This document shows, in pieces, positions 26,396 through 34,369 of a stretch of DNA of 64,000 nucleotides. The notes below the pieces were generated by a model that saw only the letters and a list, made by a program, of their open reading frames with translations, did not search any database and was not told the origin of the DNA. Position numbers and translations under genes: made by a program. Each line of letters starts with the position of its first letter. Within the stretch, counting starts at the first letter, position 1. The stretch lies in the sequence record NC_047815.1; one strand, 5' to 3'.

Positions 26396-28504
26396 ATGCT
26401 TATCAAGCCACCTACTATGGCAGAGATTAACGCCCTGAAAAAGACTTGGACGGGCATGAGTTTCTTTGCTGGTTGTGGTGGTTCAAGCACGGGTCATAAA
26501 ATGAGCGGTATCGACATTCTTGTATCAAACGAGTTTGTCGATATTGCCCGCGACACCTATGCACTGAATCATCCAACAACAAAAGTGCTTGGTCAGGACA
26601 TTCGACGTCTTGACCCGAAAAAGATTCTGAATTTTAAAGGACTGAGTGTCGGCGAACTTGATTTGCTTGACGGCAGTCCTCCTTGCTTTCTCAAAGATAC
26701 CTTGATTCATACAGCAACCGGTATGCGCTACATCGACGCTATTCAAGCTGGTGATCTTGTGATGACGCATGAAGGTCGTTATCGTCGTGTTGTAGAACCA
26801 ATGCAGCGTCCGTATACTGGACCTATGCATCGCATTCAGACAACTATCGGTGAGAACGTAGCAACACCTGAGCACCCGTTCTATGTGCGTCGCATGAATG
26901 GCGGTGTGCTTGGTGCACCTGAATGGATTGATGCTCGTGATGTTCGTGCCGGTGATCGTGTTGCTACACCAACAGCAAGCCATGCGTCAGCCGCTAGCAA
27001 TGAGTCTAATCCTGTACTTGCTGCTTGGATGGAGATTCCTGAGTTCTGGTGGCTGTGTGGTCATTGGGTATCGAACGGTACTATCGAACAGGTCGGTCGC
27101 TATCGTGGTATCAAGTTCACAACACCGCGTGGGGGCCGCGCTAACCAACTGCTTGAGCAGGCTGTTGATACCTTAGGGTTCAGCACTATTCAAACAGCTC
27201 ATCAGACTGGTCAGTACATTGAACGTTTCATGATGGACGACACCTTGTTATCGTTCCTTGAGCGTTTCCTCACTGACACTGAATATGCACGTCAGATCCC
27301 AGGCACGGTGTTCCATCTTGACTCGTTCCTAAAGCGTGAGTTTATTTACGGCTTCCAGTCACGTTGTGCGTCTACCTCTTATGGTAAGACGCTGGTGGTG
27401 CAGACGCGTACCGCTCGATTCATGACTGGCATGAAATATCTGATTGCCTCCGCGTTTGGTTGCCCGCTGTTCGATCTCAGCCCGAACGTGACAACGGAAG
27501 AGATTCCACCTCATAGCTTTACGTTCCGTCCTGACTCAGACTTTGCGCAGCATGTTCGCTACACCACAGTGTTCTATCTTGATGATGCCGATCGTGGTTT
27601 CATTCGTGATGATACTGGTCACTTGTGGGTTGATGTTCTTGCCAACAACACGTCCGAAGTTGATACCGCAGTGTATAACTTTAGCGTAGCAGAGGACGAG
27701 ACCTACGTTGCCAACAACACTGTGGTGCACAACTGCAAAGGCTTCTCAACGTCTGGTGTGCAGCAAGATGGCTGGGGCAAAGAGGTCAAGTACAGCGAGA
27801 ACATCTATCAGCAGGTCGATGACTTGTTTGATGAGTTCTGCCGTATGCTGGGCGGTATCATGCCCAAGACCTTCACAGCAGAAAACGTTAGCGGTCTTGT
27901 TAAAGGTGCGTCGAAAGGTTACTTCCTTGAGATCATGAAAACGTTTGACGAGCTGGGCTATTATGTACGTGCACCGATACTCAACAGCAGTTGGTTAGGT
28001 GTTCCGCAGTCGCGTGAGCGTATCATCTTTATGGGTGTACGCAAAGACATAGCGAAAAAGCTCAAGCTACCTCAGAACTCTCAAGCTGTGCCAAGTGTTG
28101 TTCCGCAAGCAACACAAACAATGTTGGCTGATGCCCTGCCTCACATAGCAGGCTACAAGTCAACGCAGAAAGAGATCATCAAGTACAAGCCAGCAACAAA
28201 CGGTCCGATGCCAACAATCACAGCGGCAGATGCCATTGCTTATGAGACAGCACGATTCTCATCGGCAGGGTTTATCGAACTGCTTGACGGTACGAGGCGC
28301 AAGCTGACCATTGATGAACTGATTGTTGTTTCAGGCATGCCGAGTGATTACAAACTGCTTGGTACGTTTGAGCAACAGTGGGAACGTCTGGGGCGTGTAT
28401 GCGTTCCAGCAATGACCCACAACGCGTCGAAGGCATTGATCGAGAACATCTTGATTCCGTATGCCCGTGCGCGTAAGAAACAGCCGGGAGAGATCTTCCG
28501 CTAG
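26396..28504 (+). CDS. C5-cytosine DNA methyltransferase family protein with intein; probable carboxymethyltransferase (motif X GR)
   Basis: Motif I FFAGCGG, motif IV GSPP|C (split by intein), VI AENVSG, VIII GVPQSRERI, IX RRKLTIDE, X WERLGRVCVP. Confidence 0.9.
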   Translation: MLIKPPTMAEINALKKTWTGMSFFAGCGGSSTGHKMSGIDILVSNEFVDIARDTYALNHPTTKVLGQDIRRLDPKKILNFKGLSVGELDLLDGSPPCFLKDTLIHTATGMRYIDAIQAGDLVMTHEGRYRRVVEPMQRPYTGPMHRIQTTIGENVATPEHPFYVRRMNGGVLGAPEWIDARDVRAGDRVATPTASHASAASNESNPVLAAWMEIPEFWWLCGHWVSNGTIEQVGRYRGIKFTTPRGGRANQLLEQAVDTLGFSTIQTAHQTGQYIERFMMDDTLLSFLERFLTDTEYARQIPGTVFHLDSFLKREFIYGFQSRCASTSYGKTLVVQTRTARFMTGMKYLIASAFGCPLFDLSPNVTTEEIPPHSFTFRPDSDFAQHVRYTTVFYLDDADRGFIRDDTGHLWVDVLANNTSEVDTAVYNFSVAEDETYVANNTVVHNCKGFSTSGVQQDGWGKEVKYSENIYQQVDDLFDEFCRMLGGIMPKTFTAENVSGLVKGASKGYFLEIMKTFDELGYYVRAPILNSSWLGVPQSRERIIFMGVRKDIAKKLKLPQNSQAVPSVVPQATQTMLADALPHIAGYKSTQKEIIKYKPATNGPMPTITAADAIAYETARFSSAGFIELLDGTRRKLTIDELIVVSGMPSDYKLLGTFEQQWERLGRVCVPAMTHNASKALIENILIPYARARKKQPGEIFR
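26684..27733 (+). mobile_element. intein (350 aa) with degenerate LAGLIDADG domain
   Basis: Starts CFLKDTLI, block B ATPEHPF, ends VYNFSVAEDETYVANNTVVHN followed by Cys (+1); blocks C/E-like LCGHWVSNG and FIYGFQSRC lack the catalytic acids. Confidence 0.92.
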
Positions 28505-28595
28505 TGACACCAGACACGGACGTCGAACTATTTCTCGAAGCCGTCACATTTGGAGGGACAGCATTCGCCGTCCTAGAGAAATAGGAAATATCATT

Positions 28596-28901
28596 ATGTC
28601 AAACAGCTTCTTGTTCCGCCTTCGTGCAAAAGATACTCCAATCGGCGTTAGCGAAGATACGTTGAATCGCTTGTGCGAGGCAATGAACATGAACAAAACA
28701 GAAGTAATGCATCTTGCGCTGTTGCGTATGGCTGTCGAATGGGGAGTGCGTGAGGAACCTCCTTACTACGAAGCGGACGATGGTCCTCTCACAGAACAGC
28801 AACTTGCACGCATACAACAGCTAGCCAACGAAGATAGCATTCGACGCACAGGCAAACCTCTGCCTGCTGATGATGACCCTCGTTGGGTACGTTTGTTCTA
28901 A
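28596..28901 (+). CDS. antitoxin-like / RHH-like small protein
   Basis: FLFRLRAKDTPIGVSEDTLNRLCEAMNMNKTEVMHLAL...YEADDGPLT; resembles a proteobacterial family as I recall it. Confidence 0.5.
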   Translation: MSNSFLFRLRAKDTPIGVSEDTLNRLCEAMNMNKTEVMHLALLRMAVEWGVREEPPYYEADDGPLTEQQLARIQQLANEDSIRRTGKPLPADDDPRWVRLF

Positions 28902-28939
28902 GCAACAAGGGACAAGGACGTCCAACTCGAGGAGAAGAT

Positions 28940-29041
28940 ATGTTGTTCATATCCGGATTATGTTTCGGTACCTGCATAGGTATCGTGCTGACGCTTGCTG
29001 TGTTGTGGTTTACGTTCTTCCGTAAACTGAAAGTATTTTGA
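28940..29041 (+). CDS. 33-aa single-TM peptide (absent from the ORF track)
   Basis: GAGGAG RBS; MLFISGLCFGTCIGIVLTLAVLWFTFFRKLKVF. Confidence 0.6.
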   Translation: MLFISGLCFGTCIGIVLTLAVLWFTFFRKLKVF

Positions 29042-29076
29042 ATCTATCAATAGCAGTATCATTTGAGGATGTAACC

Positions 29077-29193
29077 TTGATTGCATTCTATTGTGTTGTT
29101 TTAATTGTCTCGGTTTTAGGGTTATGTGAGTTAGCGGGTTGGGCAAAGAACGAGTTAGAGAGTTATCTCTTTGACTTATTTATGGAGAGTTAA
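29077..29193 (+). CDS. 38-aa single-TM peptide (TTG start, absent from the ORF track)
   Basis: GAGGA RBS; MIAFYCVVLIVSVLGLCELAGWAKNELESYLFDLFMES. Confidence 0.45.
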   Translation: MIAFYCVVLIVSVLGLCELAGWAKNELESYLFDLFMES

Positions 29194-29213
29194 TTCCCAA
29201 TCGGGAGGATACC

Positions 29214-29543
29214 TTGCTCAAGATTAATGATTGTCGCACGGCTGAGGTGCATACGTATCATGTAAGCATAAACAATATCGCAACACTTCCAGAACGCGTT
29301 GGCCAGCGTATCGATAGCCTGTTGGGCAATGAGTTGTTTGAAGCAGCATTCAAAGCAAGTCTGAGCCGTGAAGTAGTTATCAACATGTTGCCGACACACA
29401 GGCAACTGAAACAGCCTCATGAAGTTGATCGTCGTGAGTTCACTGAGGAAAGTCTCACCAGTTATCTAAGCGGTCTGTTTAGTGGTAAGACGGAGATCAA
29501 CGTTGTCGATGATAAGTTCAGAGGCATTATCTATGTCGAATGA
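29214..29543 (+). CDS. hypothetical protein
   Basis: GGAGG RBS, TTG start. Confidence 0.65.
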   Translation: MLKINDCRTAEVHTYHVSINNIATLPERVGQRIDSLLGNELFEAAFKASLSREVVINMLPTHRQLKQPHEVDRREFTEESLTSYLSGLFSGKTEINVVDDKFRGIIYVE

Positions 29544-29766
29544 ACCTGACTTTATGACGTTGCAATGCAACATCGAAGGTCTGCTTGGCCTTATGGGCAT
29601 AGGCCATTTGCCCTACATACAGCAAACAATATTCTATACGTTATTATTTTTGATGATGTTGGCCTTGAGTGTGGTTGTTGGTACAACATCATATTACGCC
29701 TGCTTGATAGTGCGCAGTTGTTTTGTGCGCTACCGTGTTCGCAAGACCCGACAGATAGACGGTTAA
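29533..29766 (+). CDS. small membrane protein
   Basis: Long hydrophobic segment, basic C-terminus. Confidence 0.55.
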   Translation: MSNEPDFMTLQCNIEGLLGLMGIGHLPYIQQTIFYTLLFLMMLALSVVVGTTSYYACLIVRSCFVRYRVRKTRQIDG

Positions 29767-29826
29767 TTCTATCAACAAGTGGCAGGCACAGACGTGTCCT
29801 GCCCTACTCAACTAATGAGGTAATAT

Positions 29827-30450
29827 ATGTCTCAGAAATATAGTTCAGCGTTCTCTATTGGCGATCATGCCGCTCTTAGTCTGGACAGGTTCGGTGCTGA
29901 CACTCCCTACGGTGTTATTGACGGCATACTGTTTTACGGTCCTCAAGTACGCTATCGTGTCTCGTTGTTTGTGAATGATGGCCCGAAGTCTAAGCCTAGT
30001 GCTTTTCGACATGAAGGTCGTCCTGTTGACGGCTTTATTGAAGATGATCTGTGTGCTGTTACAGACCAGTACGTTCCTCATGTTGGTCACGTAGGAAGAT
30101 ACGAGCCTGTCGAAAGTCTTGTTCTGCCGTGTGCTTTCCAAATGGGACAACTAGTAGCAATCAATTGGTCTGGCATGGAAGATGCGCAAGACCCGTTCAA
30201 TGTGCCGGTGATGGTAACAGGCGTGCGCTACGAAGAAGGCAAAGTGCTGTATGATGTGAGTCTTCAACGCAAGCACTATACAGATGGCTCGATGTGTATC
30301 GATACCTCTACTACTTACGGACGTTTGATCGGAGACAGTCTGTCTGGAATTGATAGCATCTTTATCAAACCACTTGATGGTTGGCCTGAGGATGAATGGA
30401 GTATCATTCAGCGCAGCGTACCCCAAGTAGGCGATGACGTTCCGCATTGA
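29827..30450 (+). CDS. hypothetical protein with two internal beta-barrel-like repeats
   Basis: SAFSIGD...YRVSL and CAFQMGQ...YDVSL; GAGGT RBS. Confidence 0.7.
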   Translation: MSQKYSSAFSIGDHAALSLDRFGADTPYGVIDGILFYGPQVRYRVSLFVNDGPKSKPSAFRHEGRPVDGFIEDDLCAVTDQYVPHVGHVGRYEPVESLVLPCAFQMGQLVAINWSGMEDAQDPFNVPVMVTGVRYEEGKVLYDVSLQRKHYTDGSMCIDTSTTYGRLIGDSLSGIDSIFIKPLDGWPEDEWSIIQRSVPQVGDDVPH

Positions 30451-30457
30451 TTGATAA

Positions 30458-30483
30458 AAGGGGTGGCTTCGGCTGCCCCTTCT
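30458..30483 (+). terminator. intrinsic terminator with C(UUCG)G loop
   Basis: AAGGGGTGGC-TTCG-GCTGCCCCTT. Confidence 0.7.
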
Positions 30484-30574
30484 TGATCGTGCAAGAATCA
30501 GAATAGGACGATTAAGAATATTCTGCACCCAGTTTAATTTTAGCAGACGGCCCGAGCTGTCTATTGATCAGAAT

Positions 30575-30582
30575 CTGTAAAT
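30575..30582 (+). promoter_or_regulatory. putative phage promoter CTGTAAAT
   Basis: GAATCTGTAAATA, intergenic. Confidence 0.6.
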
Positions 30583-30599
30583 AACTGTTAGAGGTTAAC

Positions 30600-30770
30600 A
30601 TGACTAAGTTTATGCTGCTTGTCGCAATGTCAATTATAGCACTTGTCAGTGGCTTCTTGACATACACCGTTACACTCAATGGCGGCCTTGCTGCACTGGC
30701 CGTAATTGTAGTGTTTGTTGGCTACATCATATTTGCTGTCCGTTGTGGCGGCAAACCTAAAACAAGATAA
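30600..30770 (+). CDS. 56-aa two-TM membrane protein (absent from the ORF track)
   Basis: GAGGT RBS; MTKFMLLVAMSIIALVSGFLTYTVTLNGGLAALAVIVVFVGYIIFAVRCGGKPKTR. Confidence 0.7.
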   Translation: MTKFMLLVAMSIIALVSGFLTYTVTLNGGLAALAVIVVFVGYIIFAVRCGGKPKTR

Positions 30771-30788
30771 CATAGGGAGCAACGGGAA

Positions 30789-30980
30789 TTGAAACGATTC
30801 CTTATTCAGTCCGCGATCTTTATCGTATACTGCATTGTGTTTGGTATCGTCGCCCACATGTTGGGTGCTGCGGCATTCTACTATTCGGAGAACTTGTGGA
30901 TTGGCGTTGGCACCAACACTGGTTTTATATTTTTGTTCCTATGTTTGTTCTTCATCGTGACTCGTCGCAATCGTCCTTAA
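30789..30980 (+). CDS. 63-aa two-TM membrane protein
   Basis: GGGAG RBS; two hydrophobic helices, basic tail. Confidence 0.7.
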   Translation: MKRFLIQSAIFIVYCIVFGIVAHMLGAAAFYYSENLWIGVGTNTGFIFLFLCLFFIVTRRNRP

Positions 30981-30989
30981 GGAGTATGT

Positions 30990-31391
30990 ATGAAATGTCT
31001 CGCAGTCCGCCAGCCATGGGCTTGGTTGCTAGTCAAAGGCTACAAAAAGATTGAAAACCGTAGTCGTCGCAGTCACTATCGTGGTGAGTTCTTGATTCAT
31101 GCCTCATCTGTAATCAAGCGCAGTGACTACGAAGCCGCTGAGGAAGTATGTCGTCCTCTAGGTATCAAGCTACCTCCTATCGACGAGCTTGTGACTGGTG
31201 CAATCTTAGGCAGCGTTGAGCTGGTGGACTGTGTTGATAGTTCTCGTGATCCGTTCTTCTTTGGTCCTTACGGCTATGTTGTTGCAAACGCACGCGAAGC
31301 GCAAAGACCGATACCGTTTGTCGGCCAGCTTAACTTCTTTGAAACAAACTTAAAACTTAGCAGTAAAAACCGATTCGTATCAGACAAATAA
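30990..31391 (+). CDS. ASCH domain protein
   Basis: CLAVRQPWAWLLVKGYKKIENR...YRGEFLIHAS; GAILGSVELVDC; GQLNFF. Confidence 0.85.
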   Translation: MKCLAVRQPWAWLLVKGYKKIENRSRRSHYRGEFLIHASSVIKRSDYEAAEEVCRPLGIKLPPIDELVTGAILGSVELVDCVDSSRDPFFFGPYGYVVANAREAQRPIPFVGQLNFFETNLKLSSKNRFVSDK

Positions 31392-31430
31392 TCCATTAAC
31401 TATCTACAGTCCGCCGAGACAGGAGATACC

Positions 31431-31805
31431 ATGACAAAGCTACAAAAACGACAAGTGTTCCTGCTGGAAGATACAGACCTCGAAACGGTACTAGCTCGCA
31501 CTAGTCGCAATACTGTTAATCTACTACGTTCAGCCACACCTAACAGTAAGGCAGTGCTTGAGCAACGCTCCGTAAAGCCGTGTGTGTATCGTATTAAAGG
31601 AACTGATACTAGTTTCTTTGCAACACTCAGCGGTGAGCTGCATGAAAACATTGTGGCCTGCTGCGGGCTTGAGCTTGTGCATCAATTCGACTTCTTCCGT
31701 CGCGAGGGTCTTGTGTTTGAACGCAAGCAAGATATGGAAATCCCTATCCTCAACAGCAAGCCTCGTGCCGACCGATTTCAGTTTGATCATAAGGACCTAA
31801 ATTGA
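31431..31805 (+). CDS. hypothetical protein
   Basis: AGGAG RBS. Confidence 0.7.
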   Translation: MTKLQKRQVFLLEDTDLETVLARTSRNTVNLLRSATPNSKAVLEQRSVKPCVYRIKGTDTSFFATLSGELHENIVACCGLELVHQFDFFRREGLVFERKQDMEIPILNSKPRADRFQFDHKDLN

Positions 31806-32326
31806 TGCGTGAACTTCCTTTGTCGTTGCGTATGATACACAAGTTGTTCGCGGGTAAGTTGACAATGTATCAAGATTGTTCGGCGGAGCAAGTTGGTGCA
31901 CTTGCGTATTTTCATGCGGTTGAGTTCTTGCATTCACGCAAACCAGATTACTTTCATGGTGTATTGTCGCGCAGTCCTAAAGTGTATCTCTATCGCAACG
32001 ATGGTCATGTTGTTTACATAGAGGTATTCAACGACGACCTGCCTCAATACGTCATTACAGACTTAGACCTAACTTTGGTCTATCGTCCATACCTTTACCG
32101 CGTGTTTGGCGACAGAGATTGCGGTGTCATTCAAGTATTAAACAGCGGACAGAGTGTTGATGCCTTGTCCAACGTTGCAGATCATTTAAGAGGTTATCTA
32201 CATGGGATTCAGAACACTGTTGGGAGCGATAGCGAGAACGCTGTTGACTCAGGAGGACAAACAGAGCCTGCTGGCGCAGCAACGATTCCGAACGTACAGT
32301 CAGGAAGCAGTCCATTGGCTGAGTAG
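31802..32326 (+). CDS. hypothetical protein
   Basis: Operon context; 3' end overlaps the next gene by 125 nt. Confidence 0.6.
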   Translation: MMRELPLSLRMIHKLFAGKLTMYQDCSAEQVGALAYFHAVEFLHSRKPDYFHGVLSRSPKVYLYRNDGHVVYIEVFNDDLPQYVITDLDLTLVYRPYLYRVFGDRDCGVIQVLNSGQSVDALSNVADHLRGYLHGIQNTVGSDSENAVDSGGQTEPAGAATIPNVQSGSSPLAE

Positions 32327-32591
32327 CAGTCTGCCCGAAATGGCTGATGGTGTTCGCCTGATGCAAGCAGCAACAACAGGCAACATCACTGAGGGCGGTC
32401 GCAAGCTAATGGCTCGCAGCGATCTGCGTCAAGGTATCAGTGAATTCCGTATGCGTGCGCAACAGCACTATAATCGCACCGATACTGGCAGTGTCAAGAT
32501 GCCTGAACTTGATTTTGATATGTCAGGGTTTGATACCACTGATCTGTATAAACAACACGCGGATGAGAAGCAGCAACAATGTACCCAGTAA
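32202..32591 (+). CDS. hypothetical protein
   Basis: AGAGGT RBS; abuts the next gene. Confidence 0.65.
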   Translation: MGFRTLLGAIARTLLTQEDKQSLLAQQRFRTYSQEAVHWLSSSLPEMADGVRLMQAATTGNITEGGRKLMARSDLRQGISEFRMRAQQHYNRTDTGSVKMPELDFDMSGFDTTDLYKQHADEKQQQCTQ

Positions 32592-33040
32592 GAATCTACA
32601 GCACAGAGGAACAGGCCCAGAAGATTGAGCCACTAGTTTTACGTCAGCGTGGCGTTGTTGAATCGTTTCTGTATCGTGACCGTGATCGTGACCTGTTTGT
32701 TGCGTCCGACACAGATACTTCCAGTTTTTTACGCACAAAGATAGGTGGCCAACAGTTCAACTGTGTGTATTGGGAGACAGTTCAGGCTGCACCAAACGTG
32801 TTGCGTGTGTATACGCTGCTTGACCGTATGTACAGCGGTGAGCATGATTATCTAAGCGCACACATCCAAACACAGGGCATGAATCAGGCCACCAGCTATG
32901 TCTATCGTGTGCCTGAAACAATGACCTATATTGCCTCAGACATTTATCTCGGAACCGAGCTGCACACAGACCTTGATGGTCGATATGTTGTGGCCGAGTT
33001 CTTTACTGTTCATGGTAAAGCGAAAATAGTACGAGGATAA
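32579..33040 (+). CDS. hypothetical protein
   Basis: Operon context. Confidence 0.65.
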   Translation: MYPVRIYSTEEQAQKIEPLVLRQRGVVESFLYRDRDRDLFVASDTDTSSFLRTKIGGQQFNCVYWETVQAAPNVLRVYTLLDRMYSGEHDYLSAHIQTQGMNQATSYVYRVPETMTYIASDIYLGTELHTDLDGRYVVAEFFTVHGKAKIVRG

Positions 33041-33043
33041 CCT

Positions 33044-33298
33044 GTGCGAGTACGTTTCTATGCGAATTTAGACCAGGCCAATGTTGAGGAACGTGAAGTT
33101 CTTGCACAGCGTGCCTTAGCGAATCACACCACACAGGAAACCAGCTATCTGTACGTCAATGAAAAGACAGGTCGTGTTATGGCCCGTGACGCGCATGATG
33201 GCAAGATGATTACCGTTGCTGGTTCAGATGATCTTCACAATGACGGTAGCTACGTATTACGTCAGGGTTTTCGCATAGAGACTGCCCGCAATATCTAG
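33044..33298 (+). CDS. hypothetical protein
   Basis: GAGGA RBS, GTG start. Confidence 0.65.
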   Translation: MRVRFYANLDQANVEEREVLAQRALANHTTQETSYLYVNEKTGRVMARDAHDGKMITVAGSDDLHNDGSYVLRQGFRIETARNI

Positions 33299-33304
33299 AT
33301 CAAC

Positions 33305-33328
33305 GGGGTGCTTTCGAGCGCCCCTTTT
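33305..33328 (+). terminator. intrinsic terminator
   Basis: GGGGTGCT-TTCG-AGCGCCCC followed by TTTT. Confidence 0.7.
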
Positions 33329-33343
33329 ACGTTTGAGGACCGT

Positions 33344-33775
33344 ATGCTACCAATGGCTGAAAAGACCCGCGTTGTTTCGATGCGTAATGGCAACAAGGAA
33401 TATGATGTTCGCATAGACCGCGAGACTCGATGGGGCAATCGTCACTACATGCGCAATGAATCACAACAGGAACGTGCGCGTGTCATCTATGACTATGGTG
33501 TTGACTTGTGGACAGCTATCTATGCTGGTGACATTACTCTCAGCGACCTTGATGCCTTGTACGGCAAACGTCTTGGTTGCTGGTGTCACCCTAAGCCTTG
33601 TCATGGTGATGAGATTGTCAAGGCCGTTATCTGGGCGCATGAGACGCTTGAAAAGTGGCGTCGCATCGAGGCCAAGTACGCTCGTAAGAAAACAGCACGT
33701 AAGAAAACTGTAAATAAACAGAAAGCGAAACAAATACGGAGCGTGATAGATGATCTACGATGTGGACGGTATTGA
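33344..33775 (+). CDS. DUF4326 family protein
   Basis: YDVRIDRETRWGN...LYGKRLGCWCHPKPCHGDEI. Confidence 0.8.
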   Translation: MLPMAEKTRVVSMRNGNKEYDVRIDRETRWGNRHYMRNESQQERARVIYDYGVDLWTAIYAGDITLSDLDALYGKRLGCWCHPKPCHGDEIVKAVIWAHETLEKWRRIEAKYARKKTARKKTVNKQKAKQIRSVIDDLRCGRY

Positions 33776-34052
33776 TTTAAAGCGTATGCATGATGGTGAC
33801 CGTGAGTTCAGTCTTGTGCGTCTCAGTCACATTATCGCCTGCCTTGAAAGCGGTGTGAAGTACACAGCAGTTGGTTACGGCAAGATGTTGGCCGAGATTC
33901 AAAACGCACACCATCAGTCAGAACCATTTAAAACTTGGCTGTACGATGAGCTGGAATCTCATTATGCAACATTGAGCGAAGGCGGTAAAGAGCTTATGTT
34001 TGATACCAAAGACCTCATCGTGCGTCAGCAAATCTATAACAGTAAGGACTGA
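33750..34052 (+). CDS. hypothetical protein
   Basis: GGAG RBS. Confidence 0.65.
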   Translation: MIYDVDGIDLKRMHDGDREFSLVRLSHIIACLESGVKYTAVGYGKMLAEIQNAHHQSEPFKTWLYDELESHYATLSEGGKELMFDTKDLIVRQQIYNSKD

Positions 34053-34054
34053 TC

Positions 34055-34369
34055 ATGCTTGATCATTTTGAACATGCACTTACCACTCTGTCGGAAGAAT
34101 GTGCTGAGGTCATCATAGAGTGTGCCAAGATAAAGCGATTTGGTACAGACAGCTTTGATCCTGCTGATCCACAGCGTATCGATAACCTAACGCGCCTGTA
34201 CAAAGAACTACATGACGTTATGGGCGCTATCGAAAACTTAAATAACTTGCCTGGATCTGTGTTTTCATTTGTACCTGACACCATTACAGCACTAAACAAG
34301 ATGGACAAGATTCACAAATACCGTAAGGTCAGTGAGCGTCTTGGTCGTGTTGAGAAGGAGCATGAGTAG
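34055..34369 (+). CDS. MazG-like nucleotide pyrophosphohydrolase
   Basis: LSEECAEVIIECAKIKRFG...KELHDV. Confidence 0.65.
   Translation: MLDHFEHALTTLSEECAEVIIECAKIKRFGTDSFDPADPQRIDNLTRLYKELHDVMGAIENLNNLPGSVFSFVPDTITALNKMDKIHKYRKVSERLGRVEKEHE

Noticed and set aside
26684-27733. Active homing endonuclease in the methyltransferase intein
   Set aside because: Both LAGLIDADG-like blocks lack the conserved acidic residues (HWVSNG, GFQSRC), so it is probably inactive.
28500-28560. Possible structured RNA after the methyltransferase stop (GTGAC...GTCAC with inner TCGA pair)
   Set aside because: The pairing is weak and short, with no recognisable family.
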